Assembly: GCA_963674825.1 (NCBI GenBank)
Contig: OY771587.1
Coordinates: forward strand, 2,048,001-2,112,000
Direction of reading: 5' to 3'
Length of the DNA: 64,000 nucleotides
From: Candidatus Cloacimonadales bacterium
Lineage (GTDB): Bacteria; Cloacimonadota; Cloacimonadia; Cloacimonadales; JAIOQZ01
Shown here: positions 37,617 through 47,813 of the stretch, one piece after another
Position numbering within the stretch: the first letter of the stretch is position 1
Layout of the letters: each line of letters starts with the position of its first letter
The notes under the pieces: model-generated
The model's database searches: none
Told to the model about the DNA's origin: nothing
Seen by the model: only the letters and a program-made list of their open reading frames with translations
Program-made: the position numbers and the translations under genes

Positions 37617-39650
37617 ATGAAAAAAACATTAGGTTTAGTCTTCTTGCTTTTAATCGCAAGCTTCGCGTTTGCACAACCCGGTACGCCGCACCTTATGGTT
37701 GGCTATTCCTTCTTTGAAGATGGAGTAACAATCCACAATGATATGGGGTACAAGTTCTACAATGAAACCTACAACTTCGGAACCTACTATTATAACTGGC
37801 CCGAACAAGCTGATAACGCTTCTGGCTCCAGCTATAACTACTCCGATGGTACCGTTTCGATCCAGCTTTCTCCGATGCTCGTTCACATGGGCGGTAATGT
37901 CATCAACGTTACCCTGAGAGAAAACTCAACTGGCGAAGAATGGAATGGTACATTTATTCACAGTTCTGGCGCAATCACTGAAATCGGAACGATCAACTTC
38001 GGCTCAACCGGTCCTACCCCTTACACTATCAGTGGTAACATTGGTATGGCTGGCGTGACCTTTACCGGTATCAACACTGATCCGGTTGAAGTTGTTACCG
38101 ACGGTACCGGTGCATGGCAATTCACAGCTGTTGCTGGCGCTGAAGTAACCATCACCCCGGCAAAAGAAGGTTATACCTTCGATCCGACCAACTTCTACGC
38201 TGCTGCGATCGATCAAGATTACCTTGGTTTCGTATTTACAGCAAACGAATGGGCACCAGACATGCCTATGAATCCTTATCCTGCAAACGGTTCCAACGGT
38301 GTTGCAACCGAGCTTCCTTACCTGTGGTGGGATGCTCCGGAAGCTGGCGTTGCTCCGACAAGCTACTTTGTAACTTTGTCGATGAACGCTGACTACTCTG
38401 CACCGATTATCGACAATGCAGAAACAACAGACCTCATGTATGCCATTCCTGGCGCACTTGATATGGGCACCATGTACTATGCAATGGTTACCCCGCACTA
38501 TGCACCTCCCGCACGCGCGGCTGGTTCATTCAAGACCGACATGACCGTCCGTACACTCAGCAAATCCACCAAGAGCCGTGACTTTGGTCCAGCTCTTGAA
38601 TGGTCATTTGAAACCTACGTTGAAGGCGGAAACGCCTCTCAGAACGGTGGAAACTGCAACGGTACAGATCCTGTACAGATCGACCTTCCTGGCGTAACCG
38701 TCATCATCGACCCTGCAACTGGCGTTGCTGCGTTCATCGTTGTTGACTGGACAGACGCTATCGCTACTCTTTACAGCTTTGGCGCACCGGCACTTCCGCT
38801 GCCCGATGCTACATTCCTGTTCGGCTTCAATATCGACGCCTCTGATCCTTCGAACCTCAACGGTGTTATCACCCTGAACGTTGGTCCTGGTCGCACCATC
38901 ACCAACCTCTACGTGAACAACAGCGGTTCTTGGTTCGAACCGGCTACCTGGAGCTATGACGACGTAACCGGTATCATCACCATTTCGGATCTGGGTCTTT
39001 CCAGCCGCGTTGGTGGCGACATCGAGATTACCGTTCATGACGCAACCCTGCCGGTTGAATTCAGCACATTCGCAGCTACCTTCATGCAGGAAGGTAACGT
39101 CCTCCTTCAATGGACGACCGAAACCGAAACTGACATGATGGGCTTCTACGTGCTTCGTAGCGAAACCAACGATCAGAACGACGCTATCCGTGTCAACCCG
39201 ACCGTTATCGCTGCCACAAACACCAGCATGACTGCTGACTACGAAATGATTGATTCCGAAGTTGAAGTTGGCGAATACTACTACTGGATCGAAGCGATCG
39301 AGAACAATGGTATGACCTTCTTCCACGGTCCGCAGACCGTTACTGTCACTGAGAACCAGGAAGTTATGCCTCAGTTCACAGTGCTGACTAACGCTTATCC
39401 GAACCCGTTCAACCCGGAAACCACGATCCATTTCGATATCGCTGAAGGCGAAACCGGAAGTCTGACCATTTACAACGTTCTTGGTCAGGTCGTGAAGACT
39501 TATGGAACATTCGACGCGAAAGCTAACGGCCATGACGTTAAGTGGCATGGTACCGACGACAATGGTAACAATGTCGGTTCCGGTATCTATTTCTATCGCC
39601 TCGAAACCGATTCCTACAAGAGCATCAAGAAGATGCTGCTTCTGAAATAA
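37617..39650 (+). CDS. Secreted surface protein with T9SS-type-A/FlgD-Ig CTD
   Basis: Signal peptide; LPVEFSTF; NAYPNPFNPET...SGIYFYRL...KKMLLLK. Confidence 0.85.
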   Translation: MKKTLGLVFLLLIASFAFAQPGTPHLMVGYSFFEDGVTIHNDMGYKFYNETYNFGTYYYNWPEQADNASGSSYNYSDGTVSIQLSPMLVHMGGNVINVTLRENSTGEEWNGTFIHSSGAITEIGTINFGSTGPTPYTISGNIGMAGVTFTGINTDPVEVVTDGTGAWQFTAVAGAEVTITPAKEGYTFDPTNFYAAAIDQDYLGFVFTANEWAPDMPMNPYPANGSNGVATELPYLWWDAPEAGVAPTSYFVTLSMNADYSAPIIDNAETTDLMYAIPGALDMGTMYYAMVTPHYAPPARAAGSFKTDMTVRTLSKSTKSRDFGPALEWSFETYVEGGNASQNGGNCNGTDPVQIDLPGVTVIIDPATGVAAFIVVDWTDAIATLYSFGAPALPLPDATFLFGFNIDASDPSNLNGVITLNVGPGRTITNLYVNNSGSWFEPATWSYDDVTGIITISDLGLSSRVGGDIEITVHDATLPVEFSTFAATFMQEGNVLLQWTTETETDMMGFYVLRSETNDQNDAIRVNPTVIAATNTSMTADYEMIDSEVEVGEYYYWIEAIENNGMTFFHGPQTVTVTENQEVMPQFTVLTNAYPNPFNPETTIHFDIAEGETGSLTIYNVLGQVVKTYGTFDAKANGHDVKWHGTDDNGNNVGSGIYFYRLETDSYKSIKKMLLLK

Positions 39651-39671
39651 TCAGATAGCTGCATTCATTAT

Positions 39672-39701
39672 AAAAAGGCTGGCGTTTGCCAGCCTTTTTT
39701 T
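39672..39701 (+). terminator. Rho-independent terminator
   Basis: AAAAAGGCTGGC-GTTT-GCCAGCCTTTTT. Confidence 0.9.
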
Positions 39702-39789
39702 GTTGTCAGATCTTGTTCGATCGGTATTTATTGACTCCATACATACAACCGGTAATAAATTCAATAAAGTGCTGTAAGCTGGAGGTAGA

Positions 39790-41142
39790 ATGGATCCCAA
39801 TATCGATAAAATTTGCGATATCATGAAGAATGAAGACCTGGACCAAATCGTAATCGACACGTTCAAAGAATACTACAAACTGATCAAAAAGGGTGCTACA
39901 GGCAAGTTGTCAAAGGATGAAATCCATTCCCCTGAGGACAAGAATGTCGTGCGTTATGACCAGCTTCCTGAAATAGATAAGTCTCATCTTGAAAAACTGG
40001 TTTATGTTAAACTGAATGGTGGGCTTGGGACAAGTATGGGGCTAAAGAGAGCGAAATCATTGCTGCCGGTAAAAGGCGAATATACGTTTCTCGATATCAT
40101 CGCCAGGCAGGTATTGGCGCTTCGTGATTCTACAGGCAAAGATATCCCGCTTCTCTTTATGAATAGCTTCAACACCCACGACGATACGATTGACTTTCTT
40201 GCCAAATATCCCGAGCTTGTTTTACGCGACCTGCCGCTTGATTTTGTGCAAAACAAATTCCCGAAGCTAAAGCGTGAAAATCTTGCTCCGCTTCAAAGCG
40301 AGAATGAGTCGAATAACTGGAATCCGCCGGGACACGGTGACATCTACATGGCGATGGCGATATCAGGAATCCTTGATAAGCTGCTCGAGATGGGATATCG
40401 TTATATGTTTGTATCGAACGCGGATAACCTTGGGGCGACTGTCGATGAGAAGATTCTGAACTGGTTTGCGGAAAACGACATCCCCTTTGCCATGGAAGTA
40501 TGCAGAAGGCTGGACATCGATAAAAAAGGTGGTCACCTGGCACAGGATAAAAATGGTCAACTTCTTCTGCGTGAAGCGGCGCAATGCCCGGATGACGAAG
40601 TGGAAGAGTTTCAGGATATCCAGGTTTATCAATGGTTCAACACGAACAATCTGTGGGTGAATCTCGAAGCGCTCAAAAAGAAACTTGTCGAGAACGACAA
40701 TGTGATGATATTACCGCTGATTCTAAACCCGAAAGTTGTGGATGATGTGCCGGTGTATCAGATCGAAACGGCAATGGGTGCGGCGATCGGTGTATTTGAG
40801 GGAAGCAAAGCGATTGCCGTCCCGAGAAGAAGATTTGCCCCAGTAAAGAAGACCAACGATCTGCTCGTTGTTTGGTCTGATGCCTACGAGCTCGATACGG
40901 CCTGGAGAATCGCTCCGATTGACGGAATGGAGACAATACCCTTCGTGAAGCTCGACGATCGATATTACGGCGATATCGGCGGTCTGTTGAAACATTTCGA
41001 GACGGGAGCGCCATCATTGAAGGAATGTCGCAAGCTGGAGGTCGAAGGGGATATAACGTTTGGCGATAATGTAGTGATCAAGGGAATCGCCCGATTAAAG
41101 GCTGAGCAGCCCACACGGCTTGAGAATATAACGATCGACTGA
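39790..41142 (+). CDS. UTP--glucose-1-phosphate uridylyltransferase, eukaryote-like UDPGP family
   Basis: KLNGGLGTSMG..AKS, PPGHGD, VSNADNLGA, DKKGG, FNTNNLW, RFAPVK. Confidence 0.92.
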   Translation: MDPNIDKICDIMKNEDLDQIVIDTFKEYYKLIKKGATGKLSKDEIHSPEDKNVVRYDQLPEIDKSHLEKLVYVKLNGGLGTSMGLKRAKSLLPVKGEYTFLDIIARQVLALRDSTGKDIPLLFMNSFNTHDDTIDFLAKYPELVLRDLPLDFVQNKFPKLKRENLAPLQSENESNNWNPPGHGDIYMAMAISGILDKLLEMGYRYMFVSNADNLGATVDEKILNWFAENDIPFAMEVCRRLDIDKKGGHLAQDKNGQLLLREAAQCPDDEVEEFQDIQVYQWFNTNNLWVNLEALKKKLVENDNVMILPLILNPKVVDDVPVYQIETAMGAAIGVFEGSKAIAVPRRRFAPVKKTNDLLVVWSDAYELDTAWRIAPIDGMETIPFVKLDDRYYGDIGGLLKHFETGAPSLKECRKLEVEGDITFGDNVVIKGIARLKAEQPTRLENITID

Positions 41143-41164
41143 TGAAAAATACACGATAAAGTAA

Positions 41165-41192
41165 AAGCCCTCGTCCTGATGGATGAGGGCTT
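41165..41192. terminator. Hairpin terminator between convergent genes
   Basis: AAGCCCTCGTCC-TGAT-GGATGAGGGCTT. Confidence 0.7.
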
Positions 41193-41213
41193 CTATTTAC
41201 CTATAAATGTTGA

Positions 41214-42734
41214 TTAGACATCGATATCTTTAAAGGGATTTCCTTCAGTCGGATCCCATTTCTGACGTGCATAAGCGCGCCAGTTACGGTCGCCTTCGCG
41301 CTCGATGACATCACCGGGGATGTCGGTCGGATCGAAGGAAATACGACGTTTGTCGTAGTCGATCTGACGAACGAGGACGTCAATTCCTTCGCCAATCTGT
41401 TCATTGGTGTGATTAATGTTCGCGAGACGCATTCTCGACTTGGGAAGAAGTCCTGTCAGGCCTTCGCGGACCTTGATGAAGGTGCCGAAGTCAGAGACGC
41501 CGTCGATGGTTCCATGAACAGTCTGACCAACGGTCAGGATCTGGTCGATGCTATCCCATGGATCTTCTTCAAGAGCTTTGAGCGAGAGCGAGATTTTGCG
41601 TTTCTCGCGGTCGATACGAAGGATCTTTACCTGAACGAGATCGCCTTCCTGGACGACTTCAGACGGATGACCGATTCTTCTGCCACGGCGCATTTCGGAG
41701 ATCGGAATCAAGCCCTGAACGCCGGTCATTATCTCAGCGAACGAACCGAAGGTCTCGTTTTTCACGATACGGCAGCTAACAATCTGATCTTCCTGGAGCT
41801 CTTCAATAGCAACTTCAGCGGGGTTGCGTTCAAGGCGCTTGACGCTCAGGGAAATCTTGTTGCCTTTGAGGCGGATGACTTTGACATCGATTTCATCGCC
41901 GATATTGAGAAGATCGGACGGAGATTCGACATGCTTCCAGGCGATTTCGGAGATGTGAAGAAGACCTTCAACGCCACCGATATCGACGAATGCACCAAAG
42001 TTGGTCAGGCGGGTAACTTTACCCTTGAGAATATTGCCGGCTTCGAGTTTATCGAGCGTTTCCTTGCGTAATGTTTCGCGCTGTTTCTGAAGAAGCACAC
42101 GACGTGAAACGATGATATTACGTCCGCTTTCGCTGTATTCGGTAATCTCGAAATCGTATTCCTGATTGATGTATTTTGAGGTGTCGGAAACCGGACCAAG
42201 ATCAATCTGCGAAACTGGGCAGAATGCTCTTGCGCCGAGAAGGTTAACTGTGAAGCCGCCCTTGATGATGCTTACGACTTTACCAGTAACGGGGATTTTC
42301 CTCTCGTGTGCATCAAGAAGAACGGTCTTGGATGCGTGAGATTTGGAAAAGCTCTTGGCGATGATCGTTTCCGTATCACTTTTCTTAACGATGTAACCAC
42401 TGAGGGCGTCACCGATCTTGAACGGAAGTTCGCCTTCTGCGTTCAGGTATTCGGTCTTTTCGGCGATCGCGTCGAGCTTGTCGCCAAGTGTAACGAAGAT
42501 GTAGAGGTCCGTGATATTAACGATCGTGCCGGACACTTCGTCGCCTTCTCTGATCTCGAATGTGCGAGGCATCGATTCCTCGAGCATCTTTCCGAAATCT
42601 TCTTCTTCCTCAGTTTCTTCAATGGGTTGATTCTCATCAACAGGTTCAGTTGCTTGCGTAACTTCAACAGCTTCTTCGCCTGCTGTTACCTGTCCTTCCT
42701 GGATTTTTGTTTCTTCAGGATTTTCTAAAACCAT
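41214..42734 (-). CDS. rpsA: Ribosomal protein S1-like protein (about five S1 domains)
   Basis: Repeated S1 motifs (AFCPVSQID, FGAFVDIGGVEGLLHISEI, RISLSLK). Confidence 0.75.
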   Translation of the reverse strand: MVLENPEETKIQEGQVTAGEEAVEVTQATEPVDENQPIEETEEEEDFGKMLEESMPRTFEIREGDEVSGTIVNITDLYIFVTLGDKLDAIAEKTEYLNAEGELPFKIGDALSGYIVKKSDTETIIAKSFSKSHASKTVLLDAHERKIPVTGKVVSIIKGGFTVNLLGARAFCPVSQIDLGPVSDTSKYINQEYDFEITEYSESGRNIIVSRRVLLQKQRETLRKETLDKLEAGNILKGKVTRLTNFGAFVDIGGVEGLLHISEIAWKHVESPSDLLNIGDEIDVKVIRLKGNKISLSVKRLERNPAEVAIEELQEDQIVSCRIVKNETFGSFAEIMTGVQGLIPISEMRRGRRIGHPSEVVQEGDLVQVKILRIDREKRKISLSLKALEEDPWDSIDQILTVGQTVHGTIDGVSDFGTFIKVREGLTGLLPKSRMRLANINHTNEQIGEGIDVLVRQIDYDKRRISFDPTDIPGDVIEREGDRNWRAYARQKWDPTEGNPFKDIDV

Positions 42735-43061
42735 GTTTTCTACTCCTGTGCTATGCGATTTCCATCATGTTATTAGCATGAATGCGAAACAAAAGCACTC
42801 GGATAGGGGTTTATTGTCCAGCTTTTCCTGCTTTTTTTTCCTGGCTCATCTGCTAACCCGCTCCATCAAGGGATTTGCAGAATAATTTGCATCCGTTAAA
42901 CTTAGCTGATGAAGGCAGATACGTCATTCCTGATTTCAGGTTTTACTCGGAAATGGATCAAGGCGTTGAGAGTTGAATCTCCGTTTCAAGGAAAATATTG
43001 ACACCGCTACGGGAGGTGATCAATTACGACAAATTTCAATATGTAATGAATAGAATAGATT

Positions 43062-44510
43062 ATGTTGTTTAATACGATAGATTTCGCGATTTTCCTGCCG
43101 ATCGTGTTCATCCTGTACTGGTTTGTAACCAATCGGAGCTTGCGCCTGCAGAATTTTATGCTGGTCGTGGCTAGTTATGTCTTCTATGGTTGGTGGGACT
43201 GGCGTTTTCTATCACTGATCCTGTTCAGCACAGTCGTCGATTATCTGGTCGGTCGCAGGCTGAAAAGGGTGACTGCACCTTGCAAGCGCAGACTGCTTCT
43301 ATGGACCAGTATCGTGGTCAATCTCGGTTTTCTTGGCTTCTTCAAGTACTACAACTTCTTTCTTGATAACTTCCTGCGAGCATTCACGTTCTTTGGTTTC
43401 GAGATTCAAGCTAATTCGCTGAACGTCATTCTTCCTGTCGGGATAAGCTTCTACACGTTCCAGACGTTGAGCTATACCATCGATGTTTATCGACGTAAGC
43501 TGGAACCAACCGACGATTTCATAGAATTCGCGGCGTTCGTCAGCTTCTTCCCGCAGCTCGTTGCAGGGCCTATCGAACGTGCGACAAACCTGCTTCCGCA
43601 ATTCTACCGAAAGCGTGAATTTAAATACGAGGACGCCGTAGATGGCTTGCGGCAAATTCTCTGGGGACTCTTCAAGAAGGTTGTTATCGCGGATCAATGC
43701 GCCATTTTCGCGAATCAAATCTTCGATCAATATAGCTCGTTTGGCGGATCGACGTTGCTGTTGGGTGCACTTTTTTTCACCTTCCAGATCTATGGCGATT
43801 TCTCCGGTTATTCGGACATCGCCATTGGAACTGCCCGACTCTTTGGCTTCAAACTGATGCGTAACTTTGCATTTCCCTATTTCTCACGCGATATCGCCGA
43901 GTTTTGGCGTCGCTGGCACATCTCGCTTTCCACCTGGTTCCGGGATTATCTTTATATCCCGCTAGGCGGTAGTCGTGGCGGTACGTGGATGAAGATTCGT
44001 AACACCTTCATCATTTTCATCGTGAGCGGATTCTGGCATGGCGCGAATTGGACGTTCATCGTCTGGGGTACGCTCAACGCCATCTACTTCATGCCGCTGA
44101 TGCTGACGAAAAACAACCGAAAGAATCTGGATACCGTCGCGAGTGGCAAGCTTCTGCCGGGCTTCCGGGAGGCTGTCTCGATGCTGATAACTTTCGCGCT
44201 GACGGTTTTTGCCTGGATATTCTTTCGGGCGGAGAGCATGGCCCATGCGTTTGGTTACATTGGCAGGCTGTTCTCTGCGTCGATCATGGCGAGACCGAGC
44301 TTCAGCAATATGCGCACCGCGCTGGTCGTGCTGATCTTGTGCGCGATCATGTTTCTGGTTGAGTGGATTGGCCGCGAAGGGCAATATGCGCTCGAACGAT
44401 TTGGGTTGAGGTGGGTAAGACCGTTTCGATATGCGATGTACTACACACTGGTGCTGGCAATCTTCTGGTTTGGTGGCACCGATCAACAGTTTATCTACTT
44501 CCAGTTTTAG
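43062..44510 (+). CDS. MBOAT family O-acyltransferase (AlgI/PatA-like)
   Basis: LPVGISFYTFQ, FFPQLVAGPI, DFSGYSDIA, FWRRWHISL, SGFWHGA, FIYFQF. Confidence 0.93.
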   Translation: MLFNTIDFAIFLPIVFILYWFVTNRSLRLQNFMLVVASYVFYGWWDWRFLSLILFSTVVDYLVGRRLKRVTAPCKRRLLLWTSIVVNLGFLGFFKYYNFFLDNFLRAFTFFGFEIQANSLNVILPVGISFYTFQTLSYTIDVYRRKLEPTDDFIEFAAFVSFFPQLVAGPIERATNLLPQFYRKREFKYEDAVDGLRQILWGLFKKVVIADQCAIFANQIFDQYSSFGGSTLLLGALFFTFQIYGDFSGYSDIAIGTARLFGFKLMRNFAFPYFSRDIAEFWRRWHISLSTWFRDYLYIPLGGSRGGTWMKIRNTFIIFIVSGFWHGANWTFIVWGTLNAIYFMPLMLTKNNRKNLDTVASGKLLPGFREAVSMLITFALTVFAWIFFRAESMAHAFGYIGRLFSASIMARPSFSNMRTALVVLILCAIMFLVEWIGREGQYALERFGLRWVRPFRYAMYYTLVLAIFWFGGTDQQFIYFQF

Positions 44511-44512
44511 GT

Positions 44513-45460
44513 ATGAAAAGGTTTATCGTTAAACTACTGGTGTTTCTTTCGCCGATCCTCATTCTGGCGGTTGGTATGGAACTGTTACTGCGTTGCGTTG
44601 ACAACAGCTACAAGTATAAAAGCACCTATATGAAAACTCGTGGCGGCAGTATCAATACACTGATTATGGGGAGCTCGCATTCCTTCTATGGAATCGATCC
44701 CGATTATCTTTCGGGCGACGCCTTCAACCTGAGTCATCCATCGCAGACTCTGGAATTCGATGAGAAGCTCATCCTGAAATACGAGAATCAGCTAACAAGC
44801 CTGAAAACACTTTACCTTCCTATTTCGATGTTCACGCTTTACGGTCGGCTCGAGGACAGCGTGGAAAATTGGCGCGAAAACAACTATTCGCTCTATTACG
44901 GCATTCATACTGGCTATGGGCTCGGACAGTATATAGAACTCTTTGCGCGGAAGTTCAAGATCAATGTTGGGATTCTTTACGCTTACTACCTGAAAGGCGA
45001 GCAAGATTTGGTATGCTCCAGGCTTGGATGGGGCATCGCTTACAGTCCGGGTAAGATGCGAGATTTGGAATTGACGGCCGATGACGCGGTGCGGCGCCAC
45101 ACAAATTTCAACATACATTCCCCAAAATACAGGGAGATTTTCGAAGAAAACGTCGCCACGCTCAAACGGATTATCTCCTGGGCTGATAAGCGAAATGTGA
45201 AAGTAATCCTGCTAACGTTACCCGCCTACAAGACCTATCGTGAAAATCCGCATCTGAACAGCGAGGTTGTCGAGCGAACAATCGAAACGGCTGAGAGTGT
45301 GGCTCGGACATTCGGGAATTGCGATTACCTGAACTTATACGACAGCGATTCGTTCACCATAGCTGATTTCTACGATGCCGATCACTTGAATCATGATGGA
45401 GCAGAGAAGCTTACTCGCATCCTGAATAAGTACAATTCGGATAAAGAAAACAATAATTGA
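44513..45460 (+). CDS. SGNH-like partner of the MBOAT
   Basis: N-terminal TM, LIMGSSH, FYDADHLN (DxxH); ATG just after the MBOAT stop. Confidence 0.75.
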   Translation: MKRFIVKLLVFLSPILILAVGMELLLRCVDNSYKYKSTYMKTRGGSINTLIMGSSHSFYGIDPDYLSGDAFNLSHPSQTLEFDEKLILKYENQLTSLKTLYLPISMFTLYGRLEDSVENWRENNYSLYYGIHTGYGLGQYIELFARKFKINVGILYAYYLKGEQDLVCSRLGWGIAYSPGKMRDLELTADDAVRRHTNFNIHSPKYREIFEENVATLKRIISWADKRNVKVILLTLPAYKTYRENPHLNSEVVERTIETAESVARTFGNCDYLNLYDSDSFTIADFYDADHLNHDGAEKLTRILNKYNSDKENNN

Positions 45461-45535
45461 TTGACGTTTATGGTTAGCTGAATGAATACTGACGAATCCT
45501 TTGCCGGGTATTTTACATGAAGGGAATTACAGCGA

Positions 45536-46087
45536 ATGCCAGGGAGCCGAGATAATAATCATCGCAAGATAATGATCATGGCGATCGTGCTCATTCTGTC
45601 CGGATGTGTGATGGAACAACATATGCCTGTTCTGATGCATGTACCGGAAGGATTTGAGACGCTAGTTCTCGATTTTAGCTCGTTTACTGAGCGAGGTTTC
45701 CTGTTCACGCCACGTAGCTACAGTGGCAAATACAATTCAATCGGAATGGTCGAATTCAAGTACAATGTTGAAGCCAGGCTTGTGTGTAAGAACCTAAATG
45801 CGCCATCACCGGAGGCATCATCAGCGGGAATACAACAACTGGAATACTACGATTGGGACGTGGACGAAATCGATTATCAGGTTGTTCTGGAGCACGCGTA
45901 TAAAGAGGCGCAGATGATGGGTGGGAACGCGATCGTTAATTTCAAGATGGAAGTGGAGTACGAGACATTGCAGAACGCACCAGAATACCCTGATGTTGTT
46001 ATCCCGGTCGTGCATGTTACGGGTTTTGTTATCGAGCGATATTATCCATATCACACCGAGCCGTTGCCAGACGCGCCTACCGAATAA
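45536..46087 (+). CDS. Hypothetical lipoprotein (YbjQ-like C-terminal motif)
   Basis: LSGC lipobox; EAQMMGGNAIVNF...VTGFVI. Confidence 0.55.
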   Translation: MPGSRDNNHRKIMIMAIVLILSGCVMEQHMPVLMHVPEGFETLVLDFSSFTERGFLFTPRSYSGKYNSIGMVEFKYNVEARLVCKNLNAPSPEASSAGIQQLEYYDWDVDEIDYQVVLEHAYKEAQMMGGNAIVNFKMEVEYETLQNAPEYPDVVIPVVHVTGFVIERYYPYHTEPLPDAPTE

Positions 46088-46493
46088 AATACCCCGCGAC
46101 CAGCCATTCATCGCCAGATTTCTGCAATGTAACCGTTTCGCTGATCTCTACATCACCGCATTTCGATGAAAACCGGACTTCGCGATAATCACCCTGAGGT
46201 GCTCCGTCGAGCATCGATGACCACTCGATCGAATCCGTGCTCCGCTGAGAGTGTTTGCCATATTGCTTCATCAGGCTATTCATGGTCATGATCCATTCAT
46301 CCCGCGTGACGGCGTCACGAACCAGCGTAGATGACTGATCCCAACTCTTGCCGTACTTGCCTGCGTCGATCAGCTTCAGCCATGTTCTTGCGGCGATAAC
46401 TTCTGCTTCGTTATCCAGTGGACCATCGGGTTGATTCTCGGCGCAGCCGAAGAGGAGGAGAATTGTGGCAACAACAAGAATGAACCGCTTCAT
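46077..46493 (-). CDS. DUF4019-like lipoprotein
   Basis: LFGC lipobox; WLKLIDAGKYGKSW, GAPQGDY, ETVT, WLVAGYFIR. Confidence 0.75.
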   Translation of the reverse strand: MKRFILVVATILLLFGCAENQPDGPLDNEAEVIAARTWLKLIDAGKYGKSWDQSSTLVRDAVTRDEWIMTMNSLMKQYGKHSQRSTDSIEWSSMLDGAPQGDYREVRFSSKCGDVEISETVTLQKSGDEWLVAGYFIR

Positions 46494-47155
46494 ATCAGCT
46501 TCAGTGCCCTTTCCAGCAGTTCTTTGCGTCTTGCGTCATATTGGCTTTTCTGCTTGCTTCGTTTCCATGCGTTTTCGATAGCTTTTCCAGCGTAACGAAG
46601 CTCGTTGATAGCAGGATTGACGTTCATTTCTGTAAGCGAAAGAACGGTATAATAGAATGGATATTTACGCCATCGCCCGTTATCGTTTCGGCATCGAGTG
46701 AGGTCTTTCAGGCCGTTGATCATCCGCTCTTCCTGCTGATCACCGCCACCGGCTGCAAGGTGCCGCCATAGGGATGCCGAGCAGGTTCCGCAGCACCAGA
46801 GACCCCACGGCTGATTGGGCTGGTCGTGAACGCTGATCATGGAAAGGAGGGTTTGGCGTACGCTTTCATTGATATCGCTACCCAGGAGAAGCAGCGCTCT
46901 TCCAGCTTCCTCACTCAGGATGTGAGCAGTTCCGGCCCCGGAGGTGATACGCTCGCCTGTGAATAGTCGGATCCCATTATTGTAATCCTGATCGGTAGGG
47001 GCAAACAGGCCACGGTAATTGCGCGGTTTTTCGTATTGTCCGGCGATCCAGCGACTTGCTTCCAGGCGTTCCGATTCGTCGATCGGCTTTCCCCAGAAAA
47101 CGAGATCGTTCACATTATCAAGTGTTTTGGAGAGGCTATGTTGATCTACCAGCAT
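46490..47155 (-). CDS. Hypothetical protein
   Basis: AGGAGG RBS, 221-aa ORF coupled to the next gene; WCCGTC motif. Confidence 0.7.
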   Translation of the reverse strand: MLVDQHSLSKTLDNVNDLVFWGKPIDESERLEASRWIAGQYEKPRNYRGLFAPTDQDYNNGIRLFTGERITSGAGTAHILSEEAGRALLLLGSDINESVRQTLLSMISVHDQPNQPWGLWCCGTCSASLWRHLAAGGGDQQEERMINGLKDLTRCRNDNGRWRKYPFYYTVLSLTEMNVNPAINELRYAGKAIENAWKRSKQKSQYDARRKELLERALKLI

Positions 47156-47272
47156 CGATTCCTCCTTTTACTCAAGGATTGCGAACGAGCCGTTGTCGTC
47201 AAGAGATTCGAGAGGGTAGTGTATCTTTTTTGTTGACACAGAAATCCCAGCGAGAAACCTGTCTTGCATGTT

Positions 47273-47350
47273 CGGGGTGTAGCGCAGCCCGGTTAGCGCA
47301 CTGGTTTTGGGAACCAGGTGTCGGAGGTTCAAATCCTCTCACCCCGACCA
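47273..47350 (+). tRNA. tRNA-Pro(TGG)
   Basis: CGGGGTG acceptor stem, CTGGT-TTTGGGA-ACCAG anticodon arm, GGTTCAAATCC T-arm, CCA end. Confidence 0.97.
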
Positions 47351-47353
47351 TTT
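47324..47353 (+). repeat. attL, 30-bp direct repeat (tRNA-Pro 3' end)
   Basis: GAGGTTCAAATCCTCTCACCCCGACCATTT, identical to 63312-63341. Confidence 0.93.
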
Positions 47354-47473
47354 CAATTTTCAATTCTTTCATTTGCAGTGGGTTGTATAATAAGTCAAAT
47401 CAGGGAAATCACGTCATGGGTTTAAGTCCATCGGGAATTTTCATTATTCGTTGATTTCCGTGTAGGTAATTGG

Positions 47474-47813
47474 CTAGCACCCCCTCTCTACCTCTCTGAT
47501 CTTTGTGCTTTCAATCCGTTCCGAATAGTGTTCCTTAACAATGTCTGCAAATTGAACTAGCTCTGAAATGCTTTTTTTCTTCACCAAGCTGGCGGATAAG
47601 CCCAGCAACTTCTATCCGTTTCTTGAATCCTGGAATCGCTGAACCAAAATATCCAAGATTGCCAAGGTTGGTCAATACGGCTCTAAGAACATCATACTGA
47701 TGAAATTGCACCAGAAAATCTCTACAGAATGGATGCGATTTCGTGACAGCTTCATCTCCAGATTTCTCAGTTATGAAAATTGGCATGATATAGGAGATAT
47801 TGCTCTGTAATAC
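47474..47813 (-). pseudogene. C-terminal gene remnant truncated by the IS end, with a frameshift in an A7 run
   Basis: Open frame from the IS boundary ...GYFGSAIPGFKKR...; removing one A near 47575 continues EEKSISELVQFADIVKEHYSERIESTKIREVERGC*. Confidence 0.5.

Noticed and set aside
42840..42960. CTGATGA upstream of the S1 gene as a hammerhead or fluoride riboswitch
   Set aside because: The required flanking stems and core elements could not be formed
44363..44512. N-terminal extension of the SGNH-like ORF
   Set aside because: Overlaps the MBOAT gene; ATG 44513 gives a typical N-terminus
47056..47454. 132-aa ORF
   Set aside because: Spans tRNA-Pro and opposes a real gene
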